DNA of 64,000 nucleotides. Origin: Dehalococcoidia bacterium. GTDB lineage: Bacteria; Chloroflexota; Dehalococcoidia; GIF9; AB-539-J10. Location of the stretch: the NCBI GenBank assembly GCA_030602785.1, contig JAUVZB010000005.1:6300-70299 (forward strand), in the 5' to 3' direction. Position 1 is the first letter of the stretch; every line of letters starts with the position of its first letter. A program made the position numbers and the translations under genes. The notes beneath the pieces are model-generated. The model was not told where the DNA came from. It worked only from the letters and a program-made list of their open reading frames with translations, and ran no database searches. Shown piece after piece: positions 9,077 through 18,596 of the stretch.

Positions 9077-10003
9077 TCACCCGGACATCTTGATGATGGC
9101 CACGCCCCCCACAATCATCATCGTAGCAACAACCTTGATTATCAGGAGTCGCCTCCCCTTGCTCCATAAGAGAAAGTCAGGGGCCCGACGACTGAGCGCC
9201 AGGGCGAAGAGAAGAACGAACAGCGGCCGGCTGCTCAGAAGCGCAGACACCAGAGACACGGGGCCGTGCGCCATCGCCCAATAGGAGAGGACGATTCCCA
9301 CGGGTGCGATGAGCTCGTTGAGCGCAAGCAGCCTGAGCGCCCTCCAGCGATCCGCCAGAGCGCCAATCTCGGCAAGCACCGGCCTTCTCAGGGAGACCAG
9401 CAGGAAGATACACCCCATCACAGACGCCTGTATCCAGAAGAGGTTCCAGAACGTCAGCTGTGATAGCGCCTGCTTGCTCGTCACATCTGCTGCGGCCAGA
9501 AGGAGGCTGGACAGAAAGAGCAGAGCAGCCCTCGGACGCCCCATGTCGCTCCGGGAGAGGCCCGGCCCGGCGGAAACCATCACAGCGCCGGATGCCACGA
9601 TTCCGACCGCTGCCCACTGCAACCCTGTCAATCTCTCGCCGAGGAAAAGGAACGCCATCACGGCCACGAACATCGGATAGGCATACACAACCGGGATGAC
9701 GCTGGAAACCTCGCGGTGGCGGAAACTGTCGAGCATTATCACGACCGCGCCCGTCCTGAGGCACGCGGACAGGATTGCGACCCCCACCAGGGACACGTCA
9801 ACGCCCGAGGGCAAGGGAAACGCCGAGCCCGCAGTCACTCCGTAGACCAGGTGTATGAGTCCCAATGGCAGCATGAAGGAGCGCACACTGGGGAATCGCC
9901 TGGACGCGAGGTGGCTGTCCAGAATGCTCACAAGCGCCATCACCGAGGCGCTGAGCAACGCAGCGTTGGCCCACGTCATGTGGGCGCCCGACCCGGACTT
10001 CAT
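9077..10003 (-). CDS. EamA/DMT-family transporter
   Basis: 308 aa with about 10 TM segments in two halves. The start is ATG 10003, or alternatively ATG 9979. Confidence 0.75.
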   Translation of the reverse strand: MKSGSGAHMTWANAALLSASVMALVSILDSHLASRRFPSVRSFMLPLGLIHLVYGVTAGSAFPLPSGVDVSLVGVAILSACLRTGAVVIMLDSFRHREVSSVIPVVYAYPMFVAVMAFLFLGERLTGLQWAAVGIVASGAVMVSAGPGLSRSDMGRPRAALLFLSSLLLAAADVTSKQALSQLTFWNLFWIQASVMGCIFLLVSLRRPVLAEIGALADRWRALRLLALNELIAPVGIVLSYWAMAHGPVSLVSALLSSRPLFVLLFALALSRRAPDFLLWSKGRRLLIIKVVATMMIVGGVAIIKMSG

Positions 10004-10231
10004 GGGGCCCCGGCAGGACCGCCGTCACTGATGGGCCAAAGGGACGCACAATGGCGCGGATGTCTTTCTCCTCACGGTAGCCGCCCCTGCCGACTGGCAG
10101 CGGCCGACCCGGCCGCTCCGGCGCTGCTGTACCGAATACTCTTCGTTGCGTATTGACGTTCATGAGTGCCCGTGAGAGTATATCCGTAGCGAACGGGGCC
10201 GACAACTTTGGGCCCTGGGCCATGACCGGTC

Positions 10232-10887
10232 ATGTCGATTACAGAGTCCGTCACCAACACGCTTCGCCTCGTGCGGCAATACAGGCGCGCCTACCTTGCC
10301 ATCAACGTCGTCTTCTACGGCCTGGTGGCATGCGGCCTGGTGGCATGCGGCATGGTGTACGTCACATTCCACCCTGAGGTCCAGGAGATGCTGACACAGG
10401 CCGTCCTCCTGTCCTTCACAGAGGGCCCCCTGGCCACAGTTGCCGAGGCCTATGCCGGCGGCGAGGTTCTAAAAGCCATCGCTCTCACGTTTGCGGTCAA
10501 TTTCGGAATCGCCAGCCTACTCGTCATATTCGTCCCTTCACTGGTCACATTCCTTTCAGCGGGGTGCTCGTCGGCGTTACGCGTGCGGTCCTGTGGGGAC
10601 TGCTGCTGGCTCCAACGACGCCTGAACTCCGGGCAGCAATGATTCCACATTCGCTCACGCTCGTGATTGAGGGCCAGGCCTACATACTGGCGATGCTGGG
10701 GGCATGGATTCTCGGCAGGGCGTTCGTCTCTCCCCAGAGGGTGGGAGCCCTCTCCTGGAAGGAGGGCTACCTCCGTGGGCTTCGCAGCGGCGCGTCCATC
10801 TATCTGCTGGTGGCCATCGTCCTCGCAGTTGCCGCAGTCTACGAAGTCCTCGAGGTTATCTATCTCGTCCCACTGCTCGTCCCGTAG
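10232..10887 (+). pseudogene. SpoIIM/DUF95-like membrane protein split by a frameshift (or a homopolymer sequencing error)
   Basis: Two overlapping ORFs (10232..10642 and 10564..10887) join into one plausible protein, ...SLVTFLSAG|VLVGVTRAVLWGLLLAP...IPHSLTLVIEGQAYILAMLGAWILG, if one G is added to the GGGG run at 10561-10564. Confidence 0.5.
10319..10348 (+). repeat. perfect in-frame tandem duplication, 2 x 15 nt
   Basis: GGCCTGGTGGCATGC occurs twice, followed by the related GGCATGGTG. It encodes GLVACGLVACGMV within a TM helix. Confidence 0.9.
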
Positions 10888-11016
10888 TGCCGCGTCAATA
10901 CTCCCACATCCAGCCTCCCACCATAACCCACTGCCTCTGCCCGTCGTTATACAGTGAGAAACCCATCCCGAGACCGGGCTGTGGATGCAGAAAGGGTTCG
11001 GGAAAGGAGGCTGCCC

Positions 11017-11367
11017 TTGCTGAACGAACGACGTGTGCTGGTAACAACGCTCCTGGGAACGGCGTGCGGGTTCGCATCATGGGCGATATGCTCGCGCGGA
11101 ATGGGCCTGGACATCATGTGGCTCTTCGGAGTCCTGCTGGTTCTCACAAACGCACTCATGGGTTTCACCATCGGCATCAGCTCGCTGCGGATTCACTGGA
11201 TGGCGCATGGAGCTGTCATTGGAGGGCTGTTCGGCCTGGTGCTCGCGCTGTTCACACAGAGCCAGGGCCTGGGCTTCTGGTGGCCGTTCATCCTGGGGCC
11301 GGTATACGGGTTCGTAATCGAGCTGTGCGCAACAGTGTTCTTCCGCGCAGACGTCGACGCGTGGTAG
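11017..11367 (+). CDS. hypothetical multi-TM membrane protein
   Basis: The TTG at 11017 lies 6 nt after GGAGG (11006-11010). The 116-aa product is hydrophobic (LVTTLLGTACGFASWAI...WLFGVLLVLTNALMGFTIGI...). Confidence 0.45.
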   Translation: MLNERRVLVTTLLGTACGFASWAICSRGMGLDIMWLFGVLLVLTNALMGFTIGISSLRIHWMAHGAVIGGLFGLVLALFTQSQGLGFWWPFILGPVYGFVIELCATVFFRADVDAW

Positions 11368-11608
11368 CCACCCTACCCACGCAGCTCATCCGTGACTGCG
11401 CGCGCCTGCCACTCGTAGATGCCGACAGGTTGCCCCCGGCTGAGTACGTGTCCGCTCATCGCCTCGAGCAGTTCCCTCTCTGAGGCTCCTGCCTGCCGGG
11501 CAAACCGCCCTGTCGAGCGCGCACAGTGCAGTTATGGTGCTGCGGCGAGCCTCTCGGCGGACACCGGCGGTACCGGACAGCAACACTACCCTGACCCTTC
11601 CTCTCAAG

Positions 11609-11986
11609 TCAGGCTCGCTCGACGCGGACCTTTGCCCCACTGCTCACAGACCGGAAGACGGTCGGCTCCCCCTCCACGTGTCCGAATACCGTGACGGCGC
11701 TGGCAGCTCTCACCTCGTCGCCATGGCTGGCAGGAGTCGGGCCAAAGAAGATGCAGAACGCATGGCCCGGTGGCCAATAGCCGAGGTCGCCAGGAAGCAC
11801 GACTTCCTGTGGCATCTCCAGCTCCAGATCAAGCGGAATGGCACCGTAGAGTTCGTCGCCCCATGTCTGTACCTTGAACTCGAGGGGCAATGAGTCCCAC
11901 ACGGTCCTCGCCACCTGCGTATCGTTCAACGTCGCATAACTCGCCACCGCACCCACTAACAGCCGTATTCTTCTCGGTTCTTCCAT
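11609..11986 (-). CDS. cyclophilin-like-fold protein (DUF3830-like)
   Basis: The ATG at 11986 lies 5 nt after GGAGGG. The segment ...TWGDELYGAIPLDLELE...LGYWPPGHAFCIFFGPTP resembles the cyclophilin-like superfamily. Confidence 0.55.
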   Translation of the reverse strand: MEEPRRIRLLVGAVASYATLNDTQVARTVWDSLPLEFKVQTWGDELYGAIPLDLELEMPQEVVLPGDLGYWPPGHAFCIFFGPTPASHGDEVRAASAVTVFGHVEGEPTVFRSVSSGAKVRVERA

Positions 11987-12089
11987 GTCTGCCCTCCGAC
12001 CGACGTACAAGTCGTCGTCACCAGTCTATTGCCAGCGTCTACCATCGTCAATCCGCAGAGTAACAGGCATCACTTCCGCGGCCCCTGAA

Positions 12090-12491
12090 TCACGATTCCG
12101 GCGGCTCGTCATCCGCAAGCACTACGAACAACCGCAGTCCCTCGACACGAACGACGTTGACCTCTTCGCCCTCGGCAATCGACGGGCCTTCCGAGACTGC
12201 CAGCCACAACTCGTTGCCCACTCGTACGTAGCCCCGCGGCGCCAGGGGTCTCACGACACGTCCCCGTGCCCCAACATCAGGCGAACGCAGCGTCTTCTGG
12301 CCAAGGGTCCTCATGTTGATGCGCGTCAGTACGACCGAGTAGCACCCAAGCAAGACGGCCATGGTGATTGTGACCCCGAGTGGAACTCTCAGGCCGGCGG
12401 ATGGAAGCAGCCAGAGGAGGACGAACAGAAGCACCGCCTGCTCAATCAGAGACACAAGCAGCGCGTATGCGAGGAACCTCCTGCCCTTCAC
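12090..12491 (-). CDS. NfeD-family membrane protein
   Basis: GTG start with GGAGG upstream. It has N-terminal TM helices and a C-terminal OB-like segment (GRVVRPLAPRGYVRVGNELWLAVSEGPSIAEGEEVNVVRVEGLRLFV). Confidence 0.7.
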   Translation of the reverse strand: MKGRRFLAYALLVSLIEQAVLLFVLLWLLPSAGLRVPLGVTITMAVLLGCYSVVLTRINMRTLGQKTLRSPDVGARGRVVRPLAPRGYVRVGNELWLAVSEGPSIAEGEEVNVVRVEGLRLFVVLADDEPPES

Positions 12492-12811
12492 GAACCAACC
12501 CTCCAGACTCGCCTTGCGTGAAACGTCGTAGTCCAGCGGACGTCAGAGCACACGGCTACCGCTTGCCACGCTTCAGGCGGCTTGCCTGTCGCACCTTCAG
12601 TTGCCTGGTCCGGGCGGTCCTTCTCTCTCTGTACCATGAAGGAGTTCGGAAGCCTTCCACCTCTGACTGCAAACCCGAATCACACCACGTTGCCGATGGC
12701 GACTTGATGCACACGGTAGCTCTTCAGGGATGTACCCCACGGGTAGTCTACTACGCAGAGCGCCCCTGTCGTGTCAAGACCGGGGCCGCGAGCAGGGACG
12801 GCATGGACTCA

Positions 12812-14089
12812 TCAAGCGGGCGCCGGCGTCCGGCGCCCGGACACTTCCTGCGAATGCAATTGCTCGTCAATGGCGCCCAGTCGGAGGCCCAGGGGAGGAT
12901 GTGAGTAATTGACAAAGACGTAGAAAGGATGTGGATTCGGATTCGCGAGATTCACCACAGCGAGCTTCTTCAGCGCATCCGGCAAGCCGCGGGGCTCGGG
13001 AGCCGTTGCGAGAGCGAAGCGGTCCGCCTCATATTCGTTCCGGCGCGACAGGACGTTCAGGCCCATCGAGAGCACGGCGTCTATCGGCGTGTAGAGCAGG
13101 GCGAAAAACACCAGGCCCGCATACACAGACGGCTCGGACAGGAAGAAGGCGGCGTACAGGCCGGGTCGGCCCAGGAAGAAAGACAGTAGATAGAGAGCAA
13201 CACCGGCGTGCGCAGCAGCGAGCAGCAGCCCCTTCGTGACATGCCGTCGCCGATAGTGCCCCACCTCATGGGCAAGCACTGCGACCATCTCAGGAACCGT
13301 GTGCTGGTCGACCATCGTGTCGAACAGCGCGATGCGCTTGTGGCGGCCAAGGCCTGTGAAGTACGCGTTAGCCCTCGACGAGCGTTTCGAGCCGTCGATG
13401 ACATACACGTTCTCCACCGGGAACCGCACGGAGCGGGCATAGTCCAGAATCGCATTCTTCAGCGTGCCATCCGGCATGGGATTGAACCTGTTGAAGAGAG
13501 GCAGGATGAGGACCGGCGCAATCACCTGGGTCAGCAGGGAGAACCCGACGACCATGGCCCAACACCACAGCCATGCGGCTCCTCCTGCATGCAGGAAGAG
13601 GAATTGGACGCCGGCCAGCAACACGCCGCCGATGAGCGCTACCAGGACCAACCCTTTGAGCCTGTCGGACGCAAACGTGGCAGGTGACGTCCTGTTGAAG
13701 CCGAAGCGCTGCTCCACTACGAAGGTCCGATAGACGTCGAAAGGCAGGCTGACGGCGGCATATCCAGCCATGAGGCTCCCCACATAGAGCAAGCCCCGCA
13801 GCACATCGCCGTCCACTGTCGCACGCACTTGAGTGTCCAGCCAGCCGAAGCCGCCGAGGAACCAGAAGGCGAGGATGACTGCCAGAAGCAGCGATCGTTC
13901 GACAACCTCGACCGGGGTCGCAGCCCTGACATAGCGCACCGACCGCTCGTAGTCCTCCTCCGAGTACAGAGCTCTGACTGCGCCGGGGGCGCCACGCTCA
14001 AGAGCCCTCACATTCAGCGCGTCTGCGACAGTGTGCAACAGGAGCTTCGCGACAAGCGCTGCGAGAACCACAACGGCATATGTATTCAT
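12812..14089 (-). CDS. M48-family zinc metallopeptidase (Ste24/HtpX-like)
   Basis: 425 aa with multiple TM helices. The zinc motif is HEVGHYRRRH, and a downstream EYEADRFA follows. Confidence 0.85.
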   Translation of the reverse strand: MNTYAVVVLAALVAKLLLHTVADALNVRALERGAPGAVRALYSEEDYERSVRYVRAATPVEVVERSLLLAVILAFWFLGGFGWLDTQVRATVDGDVLRGLLYVGSLMAGYAAVSLPFDVYRTFVVEQRFGFNRTSPATFASDRLKGLVLVALIGGVLLAGVQFLFLHAGGAAWLWCWAMVVGFSLLTQVIAPVLILPLFNRFNPMPDGTLKNAILDYARSVRFPVENVYVIDGSKRSSRANAYFTGLGRHKRIALFDTMVDQHTVPEMVAVLAHEVGHYRRRHVTKGLLLAAAHAGVALYLLSFFLGRPGLYAAFFLSEPSVYAGLVFFALLYTPIDAVLSMGLNVLSRRNEYEADRFALATAPEPRGLPDALKKLAVVNLANPNPHPFYVFVNYSHPPLGLRLGAIDEQLHSQEVSGRRTPAPA

Positions 14090-14287
14090 GACATCAAGTC
14101 ACCGACCAGGCGTTGAGCAGACACGATCGCCAATTGTAGTGCGCGGCAAGTCGACGAGCAACTATTTCCACGATGAAGCAATTCCCTCAGATATGGACAG
14201 CATATTGACCAGCTTGCACCTGCTAGCTACAATTCCGGCCGTCGCACAGCGAGGGGCCTCATCGAGGAGCCCTCCTGCGTATTTACC

Positions 14288-14932
14288 ATGTCAGTTCAGG
14301 CACTCGTTCTGGGAGGTCTTGCCTTCTGTCTTGGTTCCTGTCCTTTCTCGCTCTGGATAGCCCAACGCTTCATGCATAAGGACATACGAGACTACGGCGA
14401 GGGCAACCCCGGTACCTCCAACGTGTTTCGAGCGGGTGGCCGCCGACTCGGGGCGCTTGCCTTCGCGCTCGACACGGCCAAAGGCGCCCCGCTTGTTGCA
14501 GTGTCACACTACGTCTACCATCTTCCCGAGCAGACCGTGCTCGCAGTCGGGCTCTGCGCCATCATGGGAAGCGTGTTTTCGCCATTCCTCCACTTCAGGG
14601 GCGGCAAGTCCCTTGCCGTGATGGGTGGAGTGCTTCTCGCCACACCACACCGCGACGTCTTCTTCATCGTTCTCGTCCTGATCGGCCTGGGTTTCCTTCT
14701 CCGTAGACGAGCGGCATGGGTCGCCACGTTCAGCGCATCAGGAGCAATCGTGTACCTCGTCGCGACAGGACGAAGCTTCTACCTGGTGGGCTTCATGGTC
14801 TGCGTGCTGCTTCTTGTTGTCTACAAGCACCGGGCGGAATTGCGCACAACACCGCAGATAGCGAACTGCCCACCCATTGGTTCCGGTGCACAAACGGAAA
14901 CGCCTGAGGAGGCCTCACAGTACCGCCGATGA
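14288..14932 (+). CDS. plsY: glycerol-3-phosphate acyltransferase PlsY
   Basis: 214 aa. The PlsY-like N-terminus is GSCPFSLWIAQRF...DIRDYGEGNPGTSNVFRAGG. It is a polytopic membrane protein. Confidence 0.8.
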   Translation: MSVQALVLGGLAFCLGSCPFSLWIAQRFMHKDIRDYGEGNPGTSNVFRAGGRRLGALAFALDTAKGAPLVAVSHYVYHLPEQTVLAVGLCAIMGSVFSPFLHFRGGKSLAVMGGVLLATPHRDVFFIVLVLIGLGFLLRRRAAWVATFSASGAIVYLVATGRSFYLVGFMVCVLLLVVYKHRAELRTTPQIANCPPIGSGAQTETPEEASQYRR

Positions 14933-16077
14933 TATACCAGATAGTCGTACTCGCCGTGTTTGCCGCCTTCGTTGTGAATCTTGTCCTGAATCTGCGCACC
15001 ATCAGATTCCGTGGGAATGACTCTCCCCTTCCACCAGACCCTCCCTTCGTATCCGTGCTCATACCTGCGCGAAACGAGGAGAGCAACATCGCCAGATGCG
15101 TGAACTCCCTCAGGGCACAGGACTACCCCACCTTCGAGGTCCTGGTTCTGGACGATAGCTCCCACGACCGCACGGCAGACATAGTCTCCGACATAGCAAG
15201 CGAAGACACGAGAGTCAGACTTCTCCGGGGTGCCCCGCTGCCGCAGGGATGGGCAGGAAAGCCTTTCGCCTGCCATCAACTCGCGAAAGAGGCCAGAGGC
15301 GACTACCTGCTCTTCATCGACTCCGACACGTCGCACGCACCGGACATGCTTAGAACCGTGATGCCGGTCGCGCTGACGTCCGGGGCCAGTATCATCTCAG
15401 GGTTCCCCCGGCAGATTGTGCGCTCGATTACCGAGCAAGCCGCCATACCAGTCATCTACTTCCTGCTCCTGTCTGCTCTGCCACTCTCCCTCCCACTCCC
15501 CCACAACGAACCGCGCCGCTCATTCATGATCGGGCAGTTCATGCTCTTCCCGGCGACGGAGTACTGGCGCATCGGAGGCCACGAGGCAGTCAAGTCACGA
15601 ATCATGGAGGACCTGTTCCTTGGCATCGAGATGAGACACAACGGAGGACGTCAGCTTACGCTCAACCTGTCTTCGGTCACGTGCTGCCGGATGTACCGCG
15701 ACAGCCGTTCGCTGTGGGAAGGGTTCCTCAAGTGGGGCTACTCGTTCGCTTGCCTGTGGCCTATCGGGACGCTGGTAGTCAACTCGCTCGCCGTCGTGCT
15801 GTGTCTGACTCCCTTCATCAGCCTTATCATCGCCGTGCTCGTGCCCACTGCCCCGGGCTACCTCTTGCCCATGTCGCTCATCCAGGCTGCACTCTTCCTT
15901 GCGGGCCGCCGACTGTGCGACCGGAGTCTGGGAGAGCCACCGTTATCCACCGCACTGACCCCGGCGGGAGCGGCCTTCGTCGTCATAGCCTGCCTCTGGG
16001 GATGCCTACTGAGACTGACCGGCGGCCAGGTGAGCTGGAAGCAGCGCCAGTACGGCGGCCCTACCGGTGTCCGCTAG
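14929..16077 (+). CDS. family 2 glycosyltransferase with membrane-embedded C-terminus
   Basis: 4-nt ATGA overlap with plsY. Motifs are VSVLIPARNEE, VLVLDDSSHD and the DxD motif LLFIDSDT. The C-terminus has TM helices. Confidence 0.8.
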   Translation: MIYQIVVLAVFAAFVVNLVLNLRTIRFRGNDSPLPPDPPFVSVLIPARNEESNIARCVNSLRAQDYPTFEVLVLDDSSHDRTADIVSDIASEDTRVRLLRGAPLPQGWAGKPFACHQLAKEARGDYLLFIDSDTSHAPDMLRTVMPVALTSGASIISGFPRQIVRSITEQAAIPVIYFLLLSALPLSLPLPHNEPRRSFMIGQFMLFPATEYWRIGGHEAVKSRIMEDLFLGIEMRHNGGRQLTLNLSSVTCCRMYRDSRSLWEGFLKWGYSFACLWPIGTLVVNSLAVVLCLTPFISLIIAVLVPTAPGYLLPMSLIQAALFLAGRRLCDRSLGEPPLSTALTPAGAAFVVIACLWGCLLRLTGGQVSWKQRQYGGPTGVR

Positions 16078-16168
16078 CGCCACTCAGTCGTCAAACTGAC
16101 CGCCACTGTGGAGAACCCCACGGGCGCCCCCTGCTCGTCTGGTCGTCCCACTCTTCTGGCTCTTCCCA

Positions 16169-16335
16169 AGAGCCTTTCGGAGAAACAGTCCCCCTCGGCA
16201 TTGATGCGAAGGGAGCAGCTCAGCTACGGGACGCAGTTGAGCTGAATGCGCACCCCCGGCCTTCGTGAAGTGGCACATCAACCCTGCTCCACGCCGTGTA
16301 GCCTCACCGTCAGTGTGGTTATTCCGACAGGCTCC
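16169..16335. repeat. copy 2 of the ~166-nt TIR-bounded repeat family
   Basis: AGAGCCTTTCGGAGAAACAG...GCCTTCGTGAAGTGG...GTGTAGCCTCACCGTCAGTGTGGTTATTCCGACAGGCTCC. It is in the same orientation as copies 1 and 3. Confidence 0.85.
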
Positions 16336-16461
16336 TGGCACCCAGAGTAGCCCAGAACAACCGGATTGGCAGAAGACAGAACAGAAAGCACCAATGCGCG
16401 CAAACACTGTATAGACTTGGAGGCCCAATCAGATACCAACTTGGCGTGATGGTGTAATTCT

Positions 16462-16481
16462 TGATGTCGTATTTGACATCA
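16462..16481. promoter_or_regulatory. 7-bp-arm palindrome (candidate operator) in an AT-rich promoter region
   Basis: TGATGTC-gtattt-GACATCA, overlapping TTGACA (16473-16478) and followed by TAATAT. It lies about 50 nt upstream of the ATG at 16532. Confidence 0.25.
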
Positions 16482-16531
16482 CCCATAATATCGTCTACCT
16501 TTATCATCGGTAAGACTAGGAGGTACTAGTT

Positions 16532-16975
16532 ATGGAACATGTAACATTGTCTATCGAAGGAACAGCCGAGGAAGTGCAGATCGCTTTGAGGCGTCTCGCA
16601 GCCATGGCACAAAAGGGGACTGTGGAGTCCGGTGCCGTGTCATGGCTTGGCGGAGAGATAGCTAACTTCTTCAATTCTCTGCAGGGAAATGCACAGAAGA
16701 TACTTGTGGAGATTGCCCGCAGGTCCGATGGCTACAACCGCGGCGAACTGTTGTCTGCTCTCGCTTTCCAGCCAAGAGAACTTGCTGGAAGCCTCTCCTC
16801 GGTTGGGCACACATTGCGGCGATACTATCCAATGAAGCCGCGCCCCCTGTTGCTGGACCCGGAAAAACGGCAGTACCGGATGTTGCCGGAAGTAGCCAGA
16901 TGGATCATGACCAACGTAGCTTCACCCTCAGAGGATCCGTCCGATGAAGCACATGGACAACAAGAGGACAGGTGA
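16532..16975 (+). CDS. hypothetical protein, possible winged-helix-like
   Basis: 147 aa. AGGAGG lies 8 nt upstream of the ATG. I recognise no family. The central segment ILVEIARRSDGYNRGELLSALAFQPRELAGSLSSVGHTLRR looks HTH-like. Confidence 0.5.
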   Translation: MEHVTLSIEGTAEEVQIALRRLAAMAQKGTVESGAVSWLGGEIANFFNSLQGNAQKILVEIARRSDGYNRGELLSALAFQPRELAGSLSSVGHTLRRYYPMKPRPLLLDPEKRQYRMLPEVARWIMTNVASPSEDPSDEAHGQQEDR

Positions 16976-17430
16976 GATGCCATTGGTGGAAACGCCTTTC
17001 GGATGAGGGAGATGGTGATGGACGAGCGTGAACTTGCCGGGCTGGTTTACCGGGCGGTGCAAATAGCTTCAAGAAACAGTGGCAAGGCCGTTGAATAGGG
17101 GGTTGGTAGACGATGGGGACATGGCCGGGTTCGCTATCGTATGCCTTCAGAAGCCGGCCAAGCATACCAACGGCTTCTTGACCATAGCTATTTGAAGTCC
17201 AACGGCAGCTGGCTCAAGGCCCCAATATTCATCCCAATACCGCTTGGTTCAGTTAGTTGCTGTCGGCTTATCGGCGACACGACCGCAGGCTGACACGCTC
17301 GTCAGTGGCTTTGTGGTGGGTGTTGGCCACGTGCGCGGGAGCAACAACATAGGTGCGCGTAGTCCACTTGGTATCTAAGGAGGGACGGAATGGCAATAAG
17401 AGGATTCGAGGTAGGAGGGGCAGCACAAAG

Positions 17431-18555
17431 ATGAGAATTGGACTTTTTACTGATACCTATGTTCCGGAGGTAAACGGTGTTGTGACCGTTCTTACGATGA
17501 TGACACGTGAGTTAAGGAGAGAAGGCCACGAGGTCTATGTTTTCTGTCCAAGCCATCCGAGCGGGGATGACATCTCCACAGAAGTGTGCCGGTTTCCTTC
17601 TCTAAGGTTCCCTTTCTACAAAGGGATAAGAGTGGCTATCCCTTACGACCGCAGTGCTCTTCGGCTCATCTCCAGTCTGGATATCATCCATTCACACGAC
17701 CCTGGCCCCCTGGGACTGTTGGCGTGGTTGGCTTCTGAAAGATACCACATACCTCACGTCCATACTTATCATAGTCTGTACGTGGATTACCGCTGCTATC
17801 TCCCGAGGCCGATCCGCCCCACGCGTGGCATGGTGAAGTTAGGGAGCCGGTTGCTGTGTAACCGGTGCGATGTGACTATTGCCCCCTCAGACCAGATGAA
17901 GCACGAGCTGGAAAGCTACGGGATAACAAGCTCCATCCGCGCCCTTCCTTACGGAGTTGATGAGGAGGAGTTCTCCCACGAAGTCAGGTGGGATGTCAGA
18001 GCGGCACTAAACCTTCCTACCGAAGACCTGCTACTTTGCGCGGGAAGACTGGGGACGGAGAAGAACCTCGACTTCCTCTTGCGCTCCTTCAGGCGCCTTC
18101 TCGTCCTCCACCCGAGTGCCAGGCTTATCATCGCCGGGGATGGCCCCCAACGCCAGCCCCTTGAGCGATACGCTGCGAGCCTGGGTATTGCCCCGTACGT
18201 CATCTTCACTGGATTTCTCCAGCGGACGGACCTGATCGACCTCTACAAGCAAGCTCTCTTCGTCTTCGCTTCAAAGACAGAAACTCAGGGACTTGTTCTA
18301 ATGGAGGCACTGATGGCTGGAGCCGCCGTAGTTGCTGTTGGGGCCATGGGGTCACTGGACATGATTAGCTCTGGAGAGACGGGAATTCTGGTGCGAGAGG
18401 ATGAAGATGAATTTGCAGCAGCCTGCCATCGGCTACTGCAAGACGGAGATGAAAAGCGAAAGCTGAGTATGGCGGCACAGAGATGGGCACGCTCGTGTAG
18501 TTCTCAGGTTTCGACTAAAGAACTGCTTGAGATCTATGGCGCTGTATGCGCCTAG
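17431..18555 (+). CDS. family 4 (GT-B) glycosyltransferase
   Basis: The ATG at 17431 follows GGAGGGG. The N-terminus is MRIGLFTDTYVPEVNGVV. The C-terminal EX7E region is SKTETQGLVLMEALMAGAAVVA. The longer ORF from 17353 lacks an RBS. Confidence 0.8.
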   Translation: MRIGLFTDTYVPEVNGVVTVLTMMTRELRREGHEVYVFCPSHPSGDDISTEVCRFPSLRFPFYKGIRVAIPYDRSALRLISSLDIIHSHDPGPLGLLAWLASERYHIPHVHTYHSLYVDYRCYLPRPIRPTRGMVKLGSRLLCNRCDVTIAPSDQMKHELESYGITSSIRALPYGVDEEEFSHEVRWDVRAALNLPTEDLLLCAGRLGTEKNLDFLLRSFRRLLVLHPSARLIIAGDGPQRQPLERYAASLGIAPYVIFTGFLQRTDLIDLYKQALFVFASKTETQGLVLMEALMAGAAVVAVGAMGSLDMISSGETGILVREDEDEFAAACHRLLQDGDEKRKLSMAAQRWARSCSSQVSTKELLEIYGAVCA

Positions 18556-18596
18556 CCGTCGAATATCCAAAGAGCAATAAGGGAGGGGTGTAGCTA

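Noticed and set aside
10319-10348. The tandem repeat as a possible CRISPR or VNTR array
   Set aside because: There are only two perfect 15-nt units with no spacers, and they lie inside a coding region.
12090-12491. The NfeD gene without an adjacent SPFH/stomatin partner
   Set aside because: Stand-alone NfeD genes occur, and nothing else in the sequence suggests a disrupted operon.
16319-16507. 62-aa minus-strand ORF with one hydrophobic segment, divergent from the cassette's first gene
   Set aside because: There is no RBS. Its start is 24 nt from the opposing ATG, and its 3' end runs into repeat copy 2.
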